This document shows positions 1-11,104 of a DNA stretch of 64,000 nucleotides, piece by piece. The number at the start of each line of letters is the position of its first letter. Positions within the stretch are counted from its first letter, which is position 1. The DNA comes from a bacterium (lineage in GTDB: Bacteria; UBA8248; JACPRG01; G963555815), in NCBI GenBank assembly GCA_965261595.1, contig CBDHDG010000007.1:544001-608000 (forward strand), read 5' to 3'. The notes beneath the pieces were generated by a model, which saw only the letters and a list, made by a program, of their open reading frames with translations, made no database searches and was not told the DNA's origin. The position numbers were made by a program, and so were the translations under genes.

Positions 1-822
1 CCCGCCGGCCGGCTGGAACGCGCCATCGGACCCGCGGACCGACTACCCTTGAAAAAGGGATTCATCGACCGGGTCCGTTCCGCGGCGGATGCGCGCCGGG
101 CGGAGGACCGTTTGCTGCGGGGCCTCGTCAAAGAGACGGACAGCTTCATGTCCCGCCACATCGACCGGCGCATATCCCTCCGGGTCACCCGCCGGCTGGC
201 CCGCACCCGTTTGACGCCCAACCAGATGACCGGGGTTCATTCATTCATCGGATTGGCGGGTGCCGTTCTGTTCGCCCAACCGGTCCGTTGGGTCCAGGTC
301 CTGGGGGCGCTTTTGTTCATGCTCTCCTCGACGTTGGACGGCTGCGACGGTGAAATCGCCCGGTTGAAATTCCGGCAGAGTCGGTTCGGCGGCTGGCTGG
401 ACATCTGGTCCGACAACGTCGTTCACGTGGCGGTCTTCGGGGCCATCGCCGTCGGGCTCTATCGACAAGCGCCGGCCGAGCGGTTCCTTTGGCTGGGGAC
501 CTTCGCCTGTCTGGGCGTCGTGCTCTCCGCGGGGCTCGTCTCGTGGAAGACCCTGCGCCGCAAGACCGGCGAGGGGAATTTCTTTGTCTCCGTCGGCGAA
601 GTGGAAACCGATCCACCTGCCGCCCCGCAAAAGCCCAAAAAGGACTCTCTCCGGGATATCGACGACTATCTCGCCCGCAGGGATTTCATCTATCTTCTCC
701 TGCCCCTCGCGGCATTCGGAAAACTGGAGTGGTTCCTCTGGGCGAGCGCCATCGGCGGGAACCTCTTCTTCCTGAGCCTCTTGTTCCTGTACGCCCGCGC
801 GAGAACCGCCCCTGAAGCTTGA
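1..822 (+). CDS. CDP-alcohol phosphatidyltransferase family protein (5'-partial; may be the C-terminal domain of a larger IPCT/DIPPS-like protein)
   Basis: Motif DGCDGEIAR-x8-GGWLD-x3-D and several TM segments; frame is open back to position 1. Confidence 0.85.
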   Translation, partial: PAGRLERAIGPADRLPLKKGFIDRVRSAADARRAEDRLLRGLVKETDSFMSRHIDRRISLRVTRRLARTRLTPNQMTGVHSFIGLAGAVLFAQPVRWVQVLGALLFMLSSTLDGCDGEIARLKFRQSRFGGWLDIWSDNVVHVAVFGAIAVGLYRQAPAERFLWLGTFACLGVVLSAGLVSWKTLRRKTGEGNFFVSVGEVETDPPAAPQKPKKDSLRDIDDYLARRDFIYLLLPLAAFGKLEWFLWASAIGGNLFFLSLLFLYARARTAPEA

Positions 823-1441
823 GGGACATCCACGCCAAGCCGATCATGCCGGCGATGATGAGGCTGAGACCGCCCAGGAAGATGAAAGTCCGGGATTTGG
901 AGCGTGTGGAGGAAGGCGGGGAAGAGGACCGCAGGGTGGAGGGTCCGCCGGATCTTCGGCCCACGCCCGTTCTGGCGGAACCCGGGAACAGGCTCGACGG
1001 ACCGCGCTTCAGCGTTGAATTCTTTCGCTCCGGGCTCATCAAGACTTCACACTGCGGAGAGACCGAAAGGATGAAGTCAGCACTTACATTCTACCCAGAT
1101 ATCCCATATGGATCATAACTTTTGTCGGACCGGAGGACATTTTCTGGAGTAAAATCAATGCATGAGCCTCCCCGAGCCATCCTCTCGCGGGGTAATCCAA
1201 TGGGTGAAGCGAAAAAGTGGGCGTTGAAGGTCCGTTTTGAGCGTCGGCTGAGGCTTGAGTTTCACGGAACCAGAATGACTTCGGATGCGGGATTGCTGGC
1301 CTGCCGAGAGGGATCAAGCACTGGTCGTTACGCGGCCTTCAGCTTAAGCTCCTCAAAATGGGCGGCCGGCTCGTGCGGTACGCCCGCCACATCACTGGAC
1401 CGCCCCTGGGTTATTGGACACTCGGGTGAGGGTATTCGACC

Positions 1442-2359
1442 TCATGCGGCCTCCGCAACTTGAGCGAGTTTTTCCTGCCTTGCCTGGGCCGGCGTTCGGT
1501 AGCCGTAGCCCTCGAGAATCCAATGATGGTTGTACAGGTTCTTGAACTCAAGCAGCGCCCACCGCAGTTCCTCTACGGTGGCGAAAGAGCGCACCCACAG
1601 GAGATTCTCCTTCAAGATGCGGATGAACCACTCACAGTAGCCATTTCCCTCGGGCGCCCGCACGAAGCTGGGCGAACTGGTCATGCCCAGGTAGGCGATC
1701 TCCCGCTGAAAGTCATCGGACAGATAGGCGGGGCCGTGGTCGTGACGAACTTTAAGCCCCTCGGCGACGTCCGCCTCCAAGCCGGCGAAGCGCTCGGCGA
1801 CCCCCTGCCGGATCGGCTCCAGGGCCTCGAAGCGGTTGCCGCTCTTGGCCGCATGGATCCCCACGCAGTCCACCGAGCAGTGATCCACCGCCACGAACAC
1901 CGAGGCCATCCCCTCCTCGGTGGTCACCGTCGTCGTCATGTCCGTGCCCCACATTCGGTCGGGCCGCTCGGTGCGGATGGTCCCGTTGTGGGCCTTGGGA
2001 CCTCGGGGTTTGCCCACCCGGTGGGGGGCCTGAAGCCCCGCCTCCCGCATCAGGCGACGCACCCGCTCCTTGCTGGTGCGGATGCCCGCGAAGCGCAGCC
2101 TCGCCCACACCTTGCGGTAGCCCTCGCCATGGAAGGGAGAGTCCTCCAGGACCTGCCGGATGTGGCCGAGGAGTTCCGCATCGGTGCACGGGCCCACAGG
2201 GCCGCGCTTATTGGGCGTGGGGCGTTCATGAACGGGGACCGCCTCTCGCCGCCGTTGCGCGTAGACCGTGGAGCGCGCCAAGCCCCAAAGGGCGCACACC
2301 CGCTTCAGGCCGTAGGCTCTGCCCGTGGAGGTGAAGCGGGCCTGACTCATCGCCTCCAC
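1442..2359 (-). CDS. IS3-family transposase OrfB (HTH plus rve DDE integrase core)
   Basis: GYRKVWARL, WGTDMT, RHDHG, PEGNGYCE motifs. Confidence 0.92.
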   Translation of the reverse strand: MEAMSQARFTSTGRAYGLKRVCALWGLARSTVYAQRRREAVPVHERPTPNKRGPVGPCTDAELLGHIRQVLEDSPFHGEGYRKVWARLRFAGIRTSKERVRRLMREAGLQAPHRVGKPRGPKAHNGTIRTERPDRMWGTDMTTTVTTEEGMASVFVAVDHCSVDCVGIHAAKSGNRFEALEPIRQGVAERFAGLEADVAEGLKVRHDHGPAYLSDDFQREIAYLGMTSSPSFVRAPEGNGYCEWFIRILKENLLWVRSFATVEELRWALLEFKNLYNHHWILEGYGYRTPAQARQEKLAQVAEAA

Positions 2360-2733
2360 CTCCTGCCGGCTAAAGGGCGGCCGGCCTCCAGGCGGTCGAT
2401 CTTCTCCCGCAGGACCTCGCCCTCCATCGTGAGTTCGCCCACCTTGGCCTTGAGCCGGGCGTTCTCCTCGTCCCGCTCATCCGCCGGGCGGGCTTTGAGC
2501 GCCGCCTCGCCCCCGCGAAGGAACGCCTCGCGCCAGGCGGAAAGCCGAGCCGCTGTCGTGCCCAACTCGCGGCAGAGCGTCTCCAGGCTCTCGCCCCGCA
2601 AAAGACGCAGGACCGCCTCCCGCTTGCGCTGGCAGGAGAACCGACCCCGCTCACTGCGATGCCCTGGGGCCTTGGCTCCGTTCGCCCTGCGGGCGCCCTC
2701 CGCCAAAGCCCCCTCTTGCTTTTGTTCGTTCAT
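2347..2733 (-). CDS. IS3-family OrfA (HTH/leucine zipper)
   Basis: RFS..RKREAVLRLLRGES..L..ELG HTH; ENARLKAKVGELTME zipper; ATGA overlap with orfB. Confidence 0.88.
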   Translation of the reverse strand: MNEQKQEGALAEGARRANGAKAPGHRSERGRFSCQRKREAVLRLLRGESLETLCRELGTTAARLSAWREAFLRGGEAALKARPADERDEENARLKAKVGELTMEGEVLREKIDRLEAGRPLAGRRWRR

Positions 2734-3032
2734 CGCGACACCCCTTTCTCCATGAATCATGGATCAATCGAGTGTCCAACAAAACCCTAGAGCGGGGGAT
2801 CACCTTCCAGTTGGCCGAGGTCGGTGTATCCAGGAAGACATTTGCCCTTATCTTGGAGAGAATCAAGCGATGATGCCCGGTGCCTGTCTAGCGACCCTAA
2901 GCGGAGTCCACACAAGGGCAAAATGACGAAGACTCCAAACCTGGTGGTCAAGCCCGTTTACACGCCGGCGCTGACATGGTTTTCCAATGGCGGATACCGC
3001 TCCGATCAGGGTTTCAGGCGCCCGAAATGGTG

Positions 3033-3061
3033 TTGACAGCCCCGGTAAAGAGGGCTCTAAT
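3033..3061 (+). promoter_or_regulatory. sigma70-like promoter in the mini-IS1380 3' region
   Basis: TTGACA-N17-TCTAAT; same boxes at 46708-46736 (-) and 35159-35187 (+). Confidence 0.6.
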
Positions 3062-3350
3062 TGAGTTAAAGAGCAACGGGTGGTCAATACAAGAGTTGTC
3101 TTGATTTAAACCGGGATTTCCCAGATGACCACTCTTAGCCATCCTGCGGTCCTCCTGTGTCATCAAAGTACCCCATTTTACTACAGATTCAGGGTCTCTT
3201 TGCAGAACCATCTGCTCAATCGAGGGGCAACGGCCGTCCTAAAGCCGCAATCCCTTGAAAACCCAGCTCTACCGGCACACTCAGGGGAGTTCGGCACAGA
3301 CTGATCCCCCGTCTCCACCACGTCACTAAGCTTCCGGGCCATCTGCTCCG

Positions 3351-6106
3351 TCATCCGGTATCTGGTACGGGAGGCGGTAACCACAACCGTCGAATTCGTT
3401 CAAGGATTGCCCTGAACAGTTGACGCGGCACGGCCACCTCGGCCATCTGGAAGGTGGTGTGCCGGGCGTGGGTGACCACCTTGGCCCCAATCTTAATCAG
3501 CTTCTCGCGTAACGTCGTCAGCGACCAGTGCTTCACCGCTCTGGGCAACGCCAGCCGCCGCAGGAAGTTTGCCAGGTTGTACGCCAAGGCAAATAGTTGC
3601 AAGCGAACCTGGTTCTCTTCAAAGCCGTGGCAGGACAGGCGCGTCCAGTTCAGGGCGTACTTGCCCTCCTTGATCCACTGCTCCGCCGTCCCACGCTGGT
3701 TGTAGAACCTCACGACGTTCTCTTCCCGCCAGTGCAGGTTGGTCACGATGAAGCTGACTCTTGGAAACAACTCGCCCTGGTGCCACTCGACCGCCACCAC
3801 CACCCGGCGAGGCTTCTCCCAACTAGCCGCCTGATAGGAGACGCTGTGGTAGAAGATAATGGGCCTTTTGGGCGGTCGGCCAACCGGCCGGGTCAGAAGG
3901 CATTCGATGTCCCTGTACAAGATGGCGTTGGCCGGAAGCCGAATCGCATAGGAGTAGCCCTCCGCCTCAAGGTATCGGTACACCTCCGGCTTGGCAAATG
4001 CCGCGTCGCCTCGAAAAAACCGACAGACCTTCGCATCCCGGTAGCGAGCTACCACCGGCTCCAATACAGACCACCAGTCATCAGCGCTGTGGACCTTGCC
4101 GTTGCGCAACAGCGCCCGCTCCAGATCGCCAAACTGGTTGAAGCAAAACAGTGGGTGATAGCAGGTGCAGCCGAAGTGGCCGTTGTAGGAAGAGCCTTCC
4201 TGCTCACCGTGGGTCGGGCTGACCGAACTGTCCATGTCCAGGATCAGCTTGCGAATCGGCTTGCGTTTGCGGACACGATCCACCAACACACCGGGCAGAC
4301 CGCTCAGCGCCTTGAGGGGTTAAGGGGCCGGGTGAGGGTCTCCCCCGCTCTAGGGTTTTGTTGGACACTCGATTGATCCATGATTCATGGAGAAAGGGGT
4401 GTCGCGATGAACGAACAAAAGCAAGAGGGGGCTTTGGCGGAGGGCGCCCGCAGGGCGAACGGAGCCAAGGCCCCAGGGCATCGCAGTGAGCGGGGTCGGT
4501 TCTCCTGCCAGCGCAAGCGGGAGGCGGTCCTGCGTCTTTTGCGGGGCGAGAGCCTGGAGACGCTCTGCCGCGAGTTGGGCACGACAGCGGCTCGGCTTTC
4601 CGCCTGGCGCGAGGCGTTCCTTCGCGGGGGCGAGGCGGCGCTCAAAGCTCGCCCGGCGGATGAGCGGGACGAGGAGAACGCCCGGCTCAAGGCCAAGGTG
4701 GGCGAACTCACGATGGAGGGCGAGGTCCTGCGGGAGAAGATCGACCGCCTGGAGGCCGGCCGCCCTTTAGCCGGCAGGAGGTGGAGGCGATGAGTCAGGC
4801 CCGCTTCACCTCCACGGGCAGAGCCTACGGCCTGAAGCGGGTGTGCGCCCTTTGGGGCTTGGCGCGCTCCACGGTCTACGCGCAACGGCGGCGAGAGGCG
4901 GTCCCCGTTCATGAACGCCCCACGCCCAATAAGCGCGGCCCTGTGGGCCCGTGCACCGATGCGGAACTCCTCGGCCACATCCGGCAGGTCCTGGAGGACT
5001 CTCCCTTCCATGGCGAGGGCTACCGCAAGGTGTGGGCGAGGCTGCGCTTCGCGGGCATCCGCACCAGCAAGGAGCGGGTGCGTCGCCTGATGCGGGAGGC
5101 GGGGCTTCAGGCCCCCCACCGGGTGGGCAAACCCCGAGGTCCCAAGGCCCACAACGGGACCATCCGCACCGAGCGGCCCGACCGAATGTGGGGCACGGAC
5201 ATGACGACGACGGTGACCACCGAGGAGGGGATGGCCTCGGTGTTCGTGGCGGTGGATCACTGTTCGGTGGACTGCGTGGGGATCCATGCGGCCAAGAGCG
5301 GCAACCGCTTCGAGGCCCTGGAGCCGATCCGGCAGGGGGTCGCCGAGCGCTTCGCCGGCTTGGAGGCGGACGTCGCCGAGGGGCTTAAAGTTCGTCACGA
5401 CCACGGCCCCGCCTATCTGTCCGATGACTTTCAGCGGGAGATCGCCTACCTGGGCATGACCAGTTCGCCCAGCTTCGTGCGGGCGCCCGAGGGAAATGGC
5501 TACTGTGAGTGGTTCATCCGCATCTTGAAGGAGAATCTCCTGTGGGTGCGCTCTTTCGCCACCGTAGAGGAACTGCGGTGGGCGCTGCTTGAGTTCAAGA
5601 ACCTGTACAACCATCATTGGATTCTCGAGGGCTACGGCTACCGAACGCCGGCCCAGGCAAGGCAGGAAAAACTCGCTCAAGTTGCGGAGGCCGCATGAGG
5701 TCGAATACCCTCACCCGAGTGTCCAATAACCCAGGGGCGGTCCAGTCTGCGTCTCGAATCGGCTCATCTGGCTGGTGGAGGCAGCGGTGTGATACTTCGC
5801 TCGCCCCCCAACCACCTGACGCATGGCGGGATCGACACAGAGCCGCTCGGCATCATTGGTGTCTTTATATCCTGCCAGGCGGCTGTAGACCGACTGGCGC
5901 ACCAAAGCGGTGAGGCTGTGCCGGGTGTTCCCGCCCGTCCGTGAATCGGACAGAAACCCCTCGGCCGCCTTCGTCAGCCCCAACACCTCATCCAGTTCAC
6001 GATAGGCAAGCAAACCGGCGTCACTCGTAACCTTTGCTCCGTGAAACTCCAGCCTGAGCCGACCGTCGAATTGGAGCCTCAACGGCCTCTTTTTCGCTTC
6101 ACCCAT
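3351..6106 (-). pseudogene. IS1380-family DDE transposase, frameshifted and interrupted by IS3 copy 2
   Basis: N-terminus 5745-6106 (TSDAGLL), C-terminus 3351-4289 (LDMDSS, RGDAAF, YNQRGTAEQWIKEGK). Confidence 0.9.
4341..5744 (+). mobile_element. IS3-family insertion sequence, copy 2 (orfA 4407-4793, orfB 4781-5698)
   Basis: Near-identical to copy 1; 3-bp TSD GTC (4338-4340/5745-5747) inside the IS1380 transposase. Confidence 0.92.
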
Positions 6107-6304
6107 CGGGTCCCCTCGCAAGATGATGGCAGGGAGAGGACAACACCTTGATTTTACACGAGAAAACGGCCTTCGGGGCGTTAAAAATTATCATCCATAT
6201 GGGAAATGCGGGTTTACTCCCCCCCCAGCAAAACATCCCTGGCGGGCGAGTTGGTTCAAACGTTGCTTGCCGTTTGTGGAAATGGGCTGAAAGGGGAAAT
6301 TTGC

Positions 6305-7595
6305 TCAGGAAGGAGGGACTTCCGCCCGGCCGAGGCGATACGCCAGGGTCTCGGCAATGAGCTTGGCCCCGTTCGGGTCCGGGTGAATGTAATCCCAGAT
6401 GAAAAATTGGCCCGGGTCGGGGTAACGCTTGAAGGCCCCTTCGATGTCGCAGACCGGAATCGTACGTACGGCGGCGATTTCCCGGATGGCGCGGTTCAAC
6501 GCGGCCAGTGAGCCGCTTTCCAGGATGTGCCGCGCGCCGGGGTGGTTCCACTGAACGGGCAGGGTCATGAGCATCGCGCCGGCGCCCGCCGCCTTGATGT
6601 TATCGAGGAGGTGATTGATGTTGGCCTGATACCACCCCATGACGGCGGGCAGGTCGATGGACACCTTGAAGCGCGGAGAGGCGGCCCGGACGGCCGCCTT
6701 TCGGCGTCCACCCTGATTGCCGCCGCTTTCCGGCCGACCCGGCGCCCGCTCAACGCCTGTCTTTTTTTCCCGCGCCGCGGCCGCCGTTCTTTTTTCGGGC
6801 TCTTCCATTTTATTCGCCTTGCTTTTCCGGACCGATCTCTCCCTCTCCCGCTTGTAGAAATATTCGATGTCTTTGTACCAGACCTTCCCAATAAATTCCC
6901 GGAGCCGGTGGGCGAAGGAGCTGTAGTTCAAGATAAAAAGCGTAACGCGCTCGACCAGGTCCACGCGCCTGGAAAGGCCGGGTTCGGATTCCACCGGGCG
7001 GTTTACGTTTTCCGGCAGAGGCCGTTCCCCGGGTTGCGGGTTTGGGGCCGGGCCGGTTTGGCGTCGAGACCTTCTCTGTCCGGAGTGAATCCTGTTTTTT
7101 TGCTGTGAGGACTGTTCTTAAGTTTTTATCGTAGTCGTTGTACCCACTGAAGATGATGTAGTAATCCGGACGGAATTGCTTTGCCGCCGGGAATCACCGT
7201 TTGAGCAGCATTTCAGAGGTCGCGTGAGGCTCCCCGAAATTGATGACTTCGACCCGGGATTTCCCGACCTTCCGCCGCAGGATGGTTTCCAGTTGGGCGG
7301 GCCACGTTTTGGAGTCGGATTCGATCCCCCAACCAGAACGTCGTGGACCCCCCAACGCGATAATTCGAAATACACCCGTCCGTTTATTTTCGGACATCTC
7401 CCTTCCCCGGTATGGCAGCGGCCCCAGACCGAATCGCAGGGCCTTGGTCGGGGTGGTGTAGAGGTGCTTTTTGTTTCCGGTGTCGAGATACGTCTTGACC
7501 CGGGCGTAGCCTTCCAACAGGACGATGAACAGAAGTAAAACAAGGCAGGCAAAGAACACCTTCTTCGCGGCCGAGGTTTTTGTGGTCGATCCCAT
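6305..7595 (-). pseudogene. SGNH/GDSL hydrolase family membrane-anchored protein, disrupted
   Basis: N-terminal TM, FRIIALGG block I, EVINFG block II, SGYND block III, WDYIHP block V, spread over several frames with an in-frame TGA at 7194-7196. Confidence 0.7.
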
Positions 7596-7885
7596 GGGCT
7601 TCGGTCGGTCAACGGGGGAAATGAATCCACAGTCCGGACGCCCGATGCGCCGGTCCATCGGGAGAATTTCAGCGGCCGGGAAGAGATGAAGTGTATCACA
7701 GAGAAATCATCCGGGCGAAGGAATCAGCCGCCGCCGGCGCCTTTGTCGTTCCGGCCCGTCCCCCGCTTCACCCATTCTCCAATGCGGAGCACCGGGCGGG
7801 CGTCCGCGTCTCTCGGATATCGAGCTCGCCGAACCGGATTCACGGTGCGGATGAGCTCAAATTTCACCCGATATCCCGAAGCGGA

Positions 7886-7915
7886 TTGACAGGACGCCCG
7901 GTGCGTCCCTAGGAT
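7886..7915 (+). promoter_or_regulatory. Putative sigma70 promoter with dyad in spacer
   Basis: TTGACA-N18-TAGGAT about 50 bp upstream of the cyclase gene; spacer contains GGACGC-N5-GCGTCC. Confidence 0.5.
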
Positions 7916-7963
7916 GATTAACATTCTCCGGCCGATTCATCGAGAACCGCCAAGGAGCTATCC

Positions 7964-8677
7964 ATGGCCTATCCGGGACACCGCATTGTCGATCTCACCC
8001 AGGACCTCTACGAGGGGCAGCCCATCTTCGTCGGGCATCCGGAAACCAAGGTCTGGTCCTGCATGACCCATGAAGAATCAGCCGCGTCGGGGCGGTTCAC
8101 CGGGGAGATGAGCTACACGGCGAAGGTGGTCCAGCTTTGCGAGCACGGCCCGACGCACGTGGATTCGATCAGCCACATCGACCCCCGGCCCGAGGCCCCC
8201 GCCATCGACCGGATGTCCCTCGATTTTTTTTACAATGAGGCGATTTGTCTCGACCTCTCCGACGCCGCTTCCCGCACCTCCATCGCCCGGGAGCGAATAG
8301 AAGAGGAGCTGGACAAAACCGGCCTGGAGATCCCCGAGGGCGGAACCGTCCTGTATCACCTCGGGCATTATCAGAGGACTTATCCTCATCCGGAATATTC
8401 GACGGCCTACGCCGGCCTGAGCCGGGAGGCGGCGGAGTTCATCTACGTGGAAAAGGGCGCGGCCAATATCGGAACGGACGCGCCCAGCATCGACAACGCG
8501 GCGGATCCGGCGTTTCCCTGCCACGTCATTTGCCGGCATCATCAAAAGACCAACACCGAAAATCTTTGCAACCTGGAATCGGTGGCGGGCCGGGGGTTTC
8601 TGTTCATCGCGCTTCCCCTCAAGATCCGTGAAGGCACCGGGTCGCCCGTCCGGGCCGTCGCCGTCTTCGGCGCATGA
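7964..8677 (+). CDS. Cyclase family protein (kynurenine formamidase/isatin hydrolase-like)
   Basis: HGPTHVDSISH, GTDAPSID, ENLCNL, GTGSPVRAVA motifs; AAGGAG RBS. Confidence 0.92.
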   Translation: MAYPGHRIVDLTQDLYEGQPIFVGHPETKVWSCMTHEESAASGRFTGEMSYTAKVVQLCEHGPTHVDSISHIDPRPEAPAIDRMSLDFFYNEAICLDLSDAASRTSIARERIEEELDKTGLEIPEGGTVLYHLGHYQRTYPHPEYSTAYAGLSREAAEFIYVEKGAANIGTDAPSIDNAADPAFPCHVICRHHQKTNTENLCNLESVAGRGFLFIALPLKIREGTGSPVRAVAVFGA

Positions 8678-8740
8678 GCCGCGCCGGGACGCGCGACCGT
8701 GCGCCCCCACTCAACAAATTGAATTGAGGAAACAGAATTC

Positions 8741-11029
8741 ATGGTCATCGAGCACACCGTCGTCGGCAAGAAACTCCCCATGGTGGACGCGAAGGAAAAG
8801 GTCTCGGGAAACGGTGAATACATCGCGGACATGACCCTTCCGGGCATGCTCCACGGAAGGATGCTCCGCAGCCCCCACCCCCACGCCCGGATCCTGAACA
8901 TCGACGCCTCGGCGGCCGAGAAAGTCCCCGGGGTTCGGGCCATCCTGACCGGCCGGAGCTCCCCCCAGCCCAAGTTCGGCATCTCCACCCTGGACGAGAC
9001 CCCTTTCGCCACAGACAAGGTCCGCTACGTGGGGGACGAAGTCGCCGGCGTCGCCGCCGAGTCGGAGGACGCCCTCGAGGAGGCCCTGTCCAAGATCGCC
9101 GTTGATTACGAGGTGATCCCCTCCGTCATCGACCCCCTGGAGGCCCTCGAGGCGGGGGCCCCCCTCGTCCACGAGGACAAGCCGGGCAACGTGGCGTATG
9201 CCTTCGAGATCGAGCGCGGCGACGTGAACGGGGCGTTTCAGCGCGCGGACAAGGTTTTCGAGGAGCGCTATCGCACCCACCTCACCCACCAGGCCTATCT
9301 GGAGCCGACCGGGGCCATCGGCGCCTTCGAGAACGGCAAGCTCAAGGTGTGGGGCTGCCTTCAGTCCATTTTCGCCATCCGGCCTTATCTGCTCTCGCGG
9401 CCCATGGGCATCCCCCTGGACGACATCACCGTGATCCAGACCCGCCCGGGCGGCGCGTTCGGCGGCAAGCTGGATGTGAAGCTGGCCCTTCTGGTCTCGC
9501 TCCTGAGCCGCGAGGCGGGCGCGCCCGTCCGCTCCGTCCTGACGCTGGAAGAAGACCTCATCAGCATGCGGCCCCGGATGCCGGCCATCCTGGATATCCA
9601 ATCGGCCTTCACCCGGGCGGGGGAGTTCCTGGGCAAGAAGGTCCGGGTCGTCGCCGACAACGGGGGGTACAGCAGCCTCTCCCCGCAGATCATGAGCTCC
9701 CTCGCCCTGCGGACGGATTCCCTGTACCGCACGCCGGCCGTGCGAATCGACGCCAAGCTCGCCTACACCAACACCGAGCCCACCGGCCAGATGCGGGGGT
9801 TCGGGAACCTCCAGGCCACCTTCGCCTGGGAGAGCCACCTGGACCATGTGGCCGAGGGGCTCGGCATGGACCCGGTGGACCTACGGCTGAAAAACCTCAC
9901 CCACACCGGGGACACCTCCATCCACGGATGGAAGATCATCAGCTGCGGGATCTCCGATTGCCTGAAAAAAGCGGCCGAAGCGATTCAGTGGAAGGAGATC
10001 CGAAGCCGGCGCGAGCCCGGCCGGGGCGTGGGACTGGCCTGCTGCATCCACGTGACGGGGAACCGGGGGTTCAGCGCCTCCCTCGTAGACAAGGACGAAG
10101 ACCCCTCCGAGACCGAGATCCTGATCCGCGAGGACGGCAAGGTGGAAATCCGCTCGGGCGAGTGCGACTTGGGGGAGGGCGGGACAACGGTCATGGCCCT
10201 TGTCGCCGCGGAAGAGCTCGGCCTGCCCTACGAAGACATGGTCGCCTCGGCGCACGACACCTCGATGGTCCCGTTCGGCCTGGGGGCCTTCGCCAGCCGC
10301 ATCACCCTCATGGGCGGGGCGGCGACGCGAGACGCCGCCGTCAACGCCCGGGGGGCGCTCCTGGAGGCCGCGGCGCAGGCCCTCGAGGCGAGCCCGGAGG
10401 AAATCGAGATCGACGGCCGAAGCCTCTTCGTGCGGGGCGCCCCGGCCCGGTCCCTGTCCGTCGGGGAGGTCGTCCGCTTCACCGGCAAGGCGGCCATCTC
10501 CGCGATGGGCCGATTCCAGGCGGGGGGGGACATCCTCGATCCCAAGGACAAGTACGGAAACGCCTCGACGACGTACTCCTTCTCCGTCCACGCGGCCGAC
10601 GTGAGCGTGGACCTGGAGACCGGAGAGGTGAAGATCAACCGCGTCGTCGCCGCCCATGACCCGGGCAAGGTCATCAACCTGTTGGGCGCCGAGGGCCAGG
10701 TCGAAGGGGGCGCGGCCCAGGGGGCCGCATACGCCGTTCTGGAAGAGCTGGTCAAGGACGGGACCGGGAAGATCCTCAACAACAACTTCGAGGGCTACCT
10801 GCTGCCGACCTCCATGGACGCGTTTGACGTGGATTCCATTTGGGTGGAGACCATCGATCCGGTGGGCCCGTTCGGCGCGAAAGGGCTGGCCGAGACAGCC
10901 ATCAACCCCACGCCCGCCGCCGTGGCCAACGCCGTGCACAACGCCACCGGGGTCCGAATCCGCCGCCTTCCGATCACGCCGGAGAAGATCGTCGACGGGC
11001 TGCGGGGGGGCAGGAACGGGGATCAGTGA
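8741..11029 (+). CDS. Xanthine dehydrogenase family molybdopterin-binding large subunit (no adjacent small/medium subunit)
   Basis: RSPHPHARI, HQAYLEP, GGAFGGK, MRGFG, GQVEGG, GAKGLAE motifs. Confidence 0.95.
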   Translation: MVIEHTVVGKKLPMVDAKEKVSGNGEYIADMTLPGMLHGRMLRSPHPHARILNIDASAAEKVPGVRAILTGRSSPQPKFGISTLDETPFATDKVRYVGDEVAGVAAESEDALEEALSKIAVDYEVIPSVIDPLEALEAGAPLVHEDKPGNVAYAFEIERGDVNGAFQRADKVFEERYRTHLTHQAYLEPTGAIGAFENGKLKVWGCLQSIFAIRPYLLSRPMGIPLDDITVIQTRPGGAFGGKLDVKLALLVSLLSREAGAPVRSVLTLEEDLISMRPRMPAILDIQSAFTRAGEFLGKKVRVVADNGGYSSLSPQIMSSLALRTDSLYRTPAVRIDAKLAYTNTEPTGQMRGFGNLQATFAWESHLDHVAEGLGMDPVDLRLKNLTHTGDTSIHGWKIISCGISDCLKKAAEAIQWKEIRSRREPGRGVGLACCIHVTGNRGFSASLVDKDEDPSETEILIREDGKVEIRSGECDLGEGGTTVMALVAAEELGLPYEDMVASAHDTSMVPFGLGAFASRITLMGGAATRDAAVNARGALLEAAAQALEASPEEIEIDGRSLFVRGAPARSLSVGEVVRFTGKAAISAMGRFQAGGDILDPKDKYGNASTTYSFSVHAADVSVDLETGEVKINRVVAAHDPGKVINLLGAEGQVEGGAAQGAAYAVLEELVKDGTGKILNNNFEGYLLPTSMDAFDVDSIWVETIDPVGPFGAKGLAETAINPTPAAVANAVHNATGVRIRRLPITPEKIVDGLRGGRNGDQ

Positions 11030-11104
11030 TTACTTGAATGACCATGTGGACGGTGCGCGGAACCGGAGCCCCTGCCTTCGCCGTGTCCATGAAAGGAACC
11101 TTCC

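Larger units (their letters stand above)
1396..2799 (-). mobile_element. IS3-family insertion sequence, copy 1 (1404 bp)
   Basis: orfA/orfB pair; imperfect IRs sharing TTGGACACTCG; 4-bp TSD TCAC (1392-1395/2800-2803). Confidence 0.92.
1094..3110 (+). mobile_element. Internally deleted IS1380-family element (MITE-like), split by IS3 copy 1
   Basis: Left IR, then transposase N-terminus [29 protein letters not shown] joined directly to C-terminus IKHWSLRGLQLKLLKMGGRLVRYARHITFQLAEV..ERIKR*. Confidence 0.8.
1094..6212 (-). mobile_element. Composite IS1380 unit, copy 1 (full IS1380 at 3111-6212 plus inverted mini-IS1380 at 1094-3110), interrupted by two IS3 copies
   Basis: After removing the two IS3 insertions it is the near-identical reverse complement of 44964-47267; ends CCCAGATATCCCATATG and CATATGGGAAATGCGGG. 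Confidence 0.9.

Noticed and set aside
686..1042. Minus-strand ORF with one hydrophobic segment
   Set aside because: Overlaps the 3' end of the phosphatidyltransferase gene and is mostly low-complexity; insufficient support
1460..2755. 431-aa antisense ORF present in every IS3 copy
   Set aside because: Conserved only because the copies are near-identical; antisense to orfAB
1089..6217. TSD around composite copy 1
   Set aside because: Flanks TTCTA and TTTAC do not match; no TSD can be claimed, possibly because of later rearrangement
7194..7196. In-frame TGA as selenocysteine, given yqeB
   Set aside because: Non-catalytic position in an SGNH gene that also has frameshifts; YqeB relates to a cofactor Se ligand, not Sec
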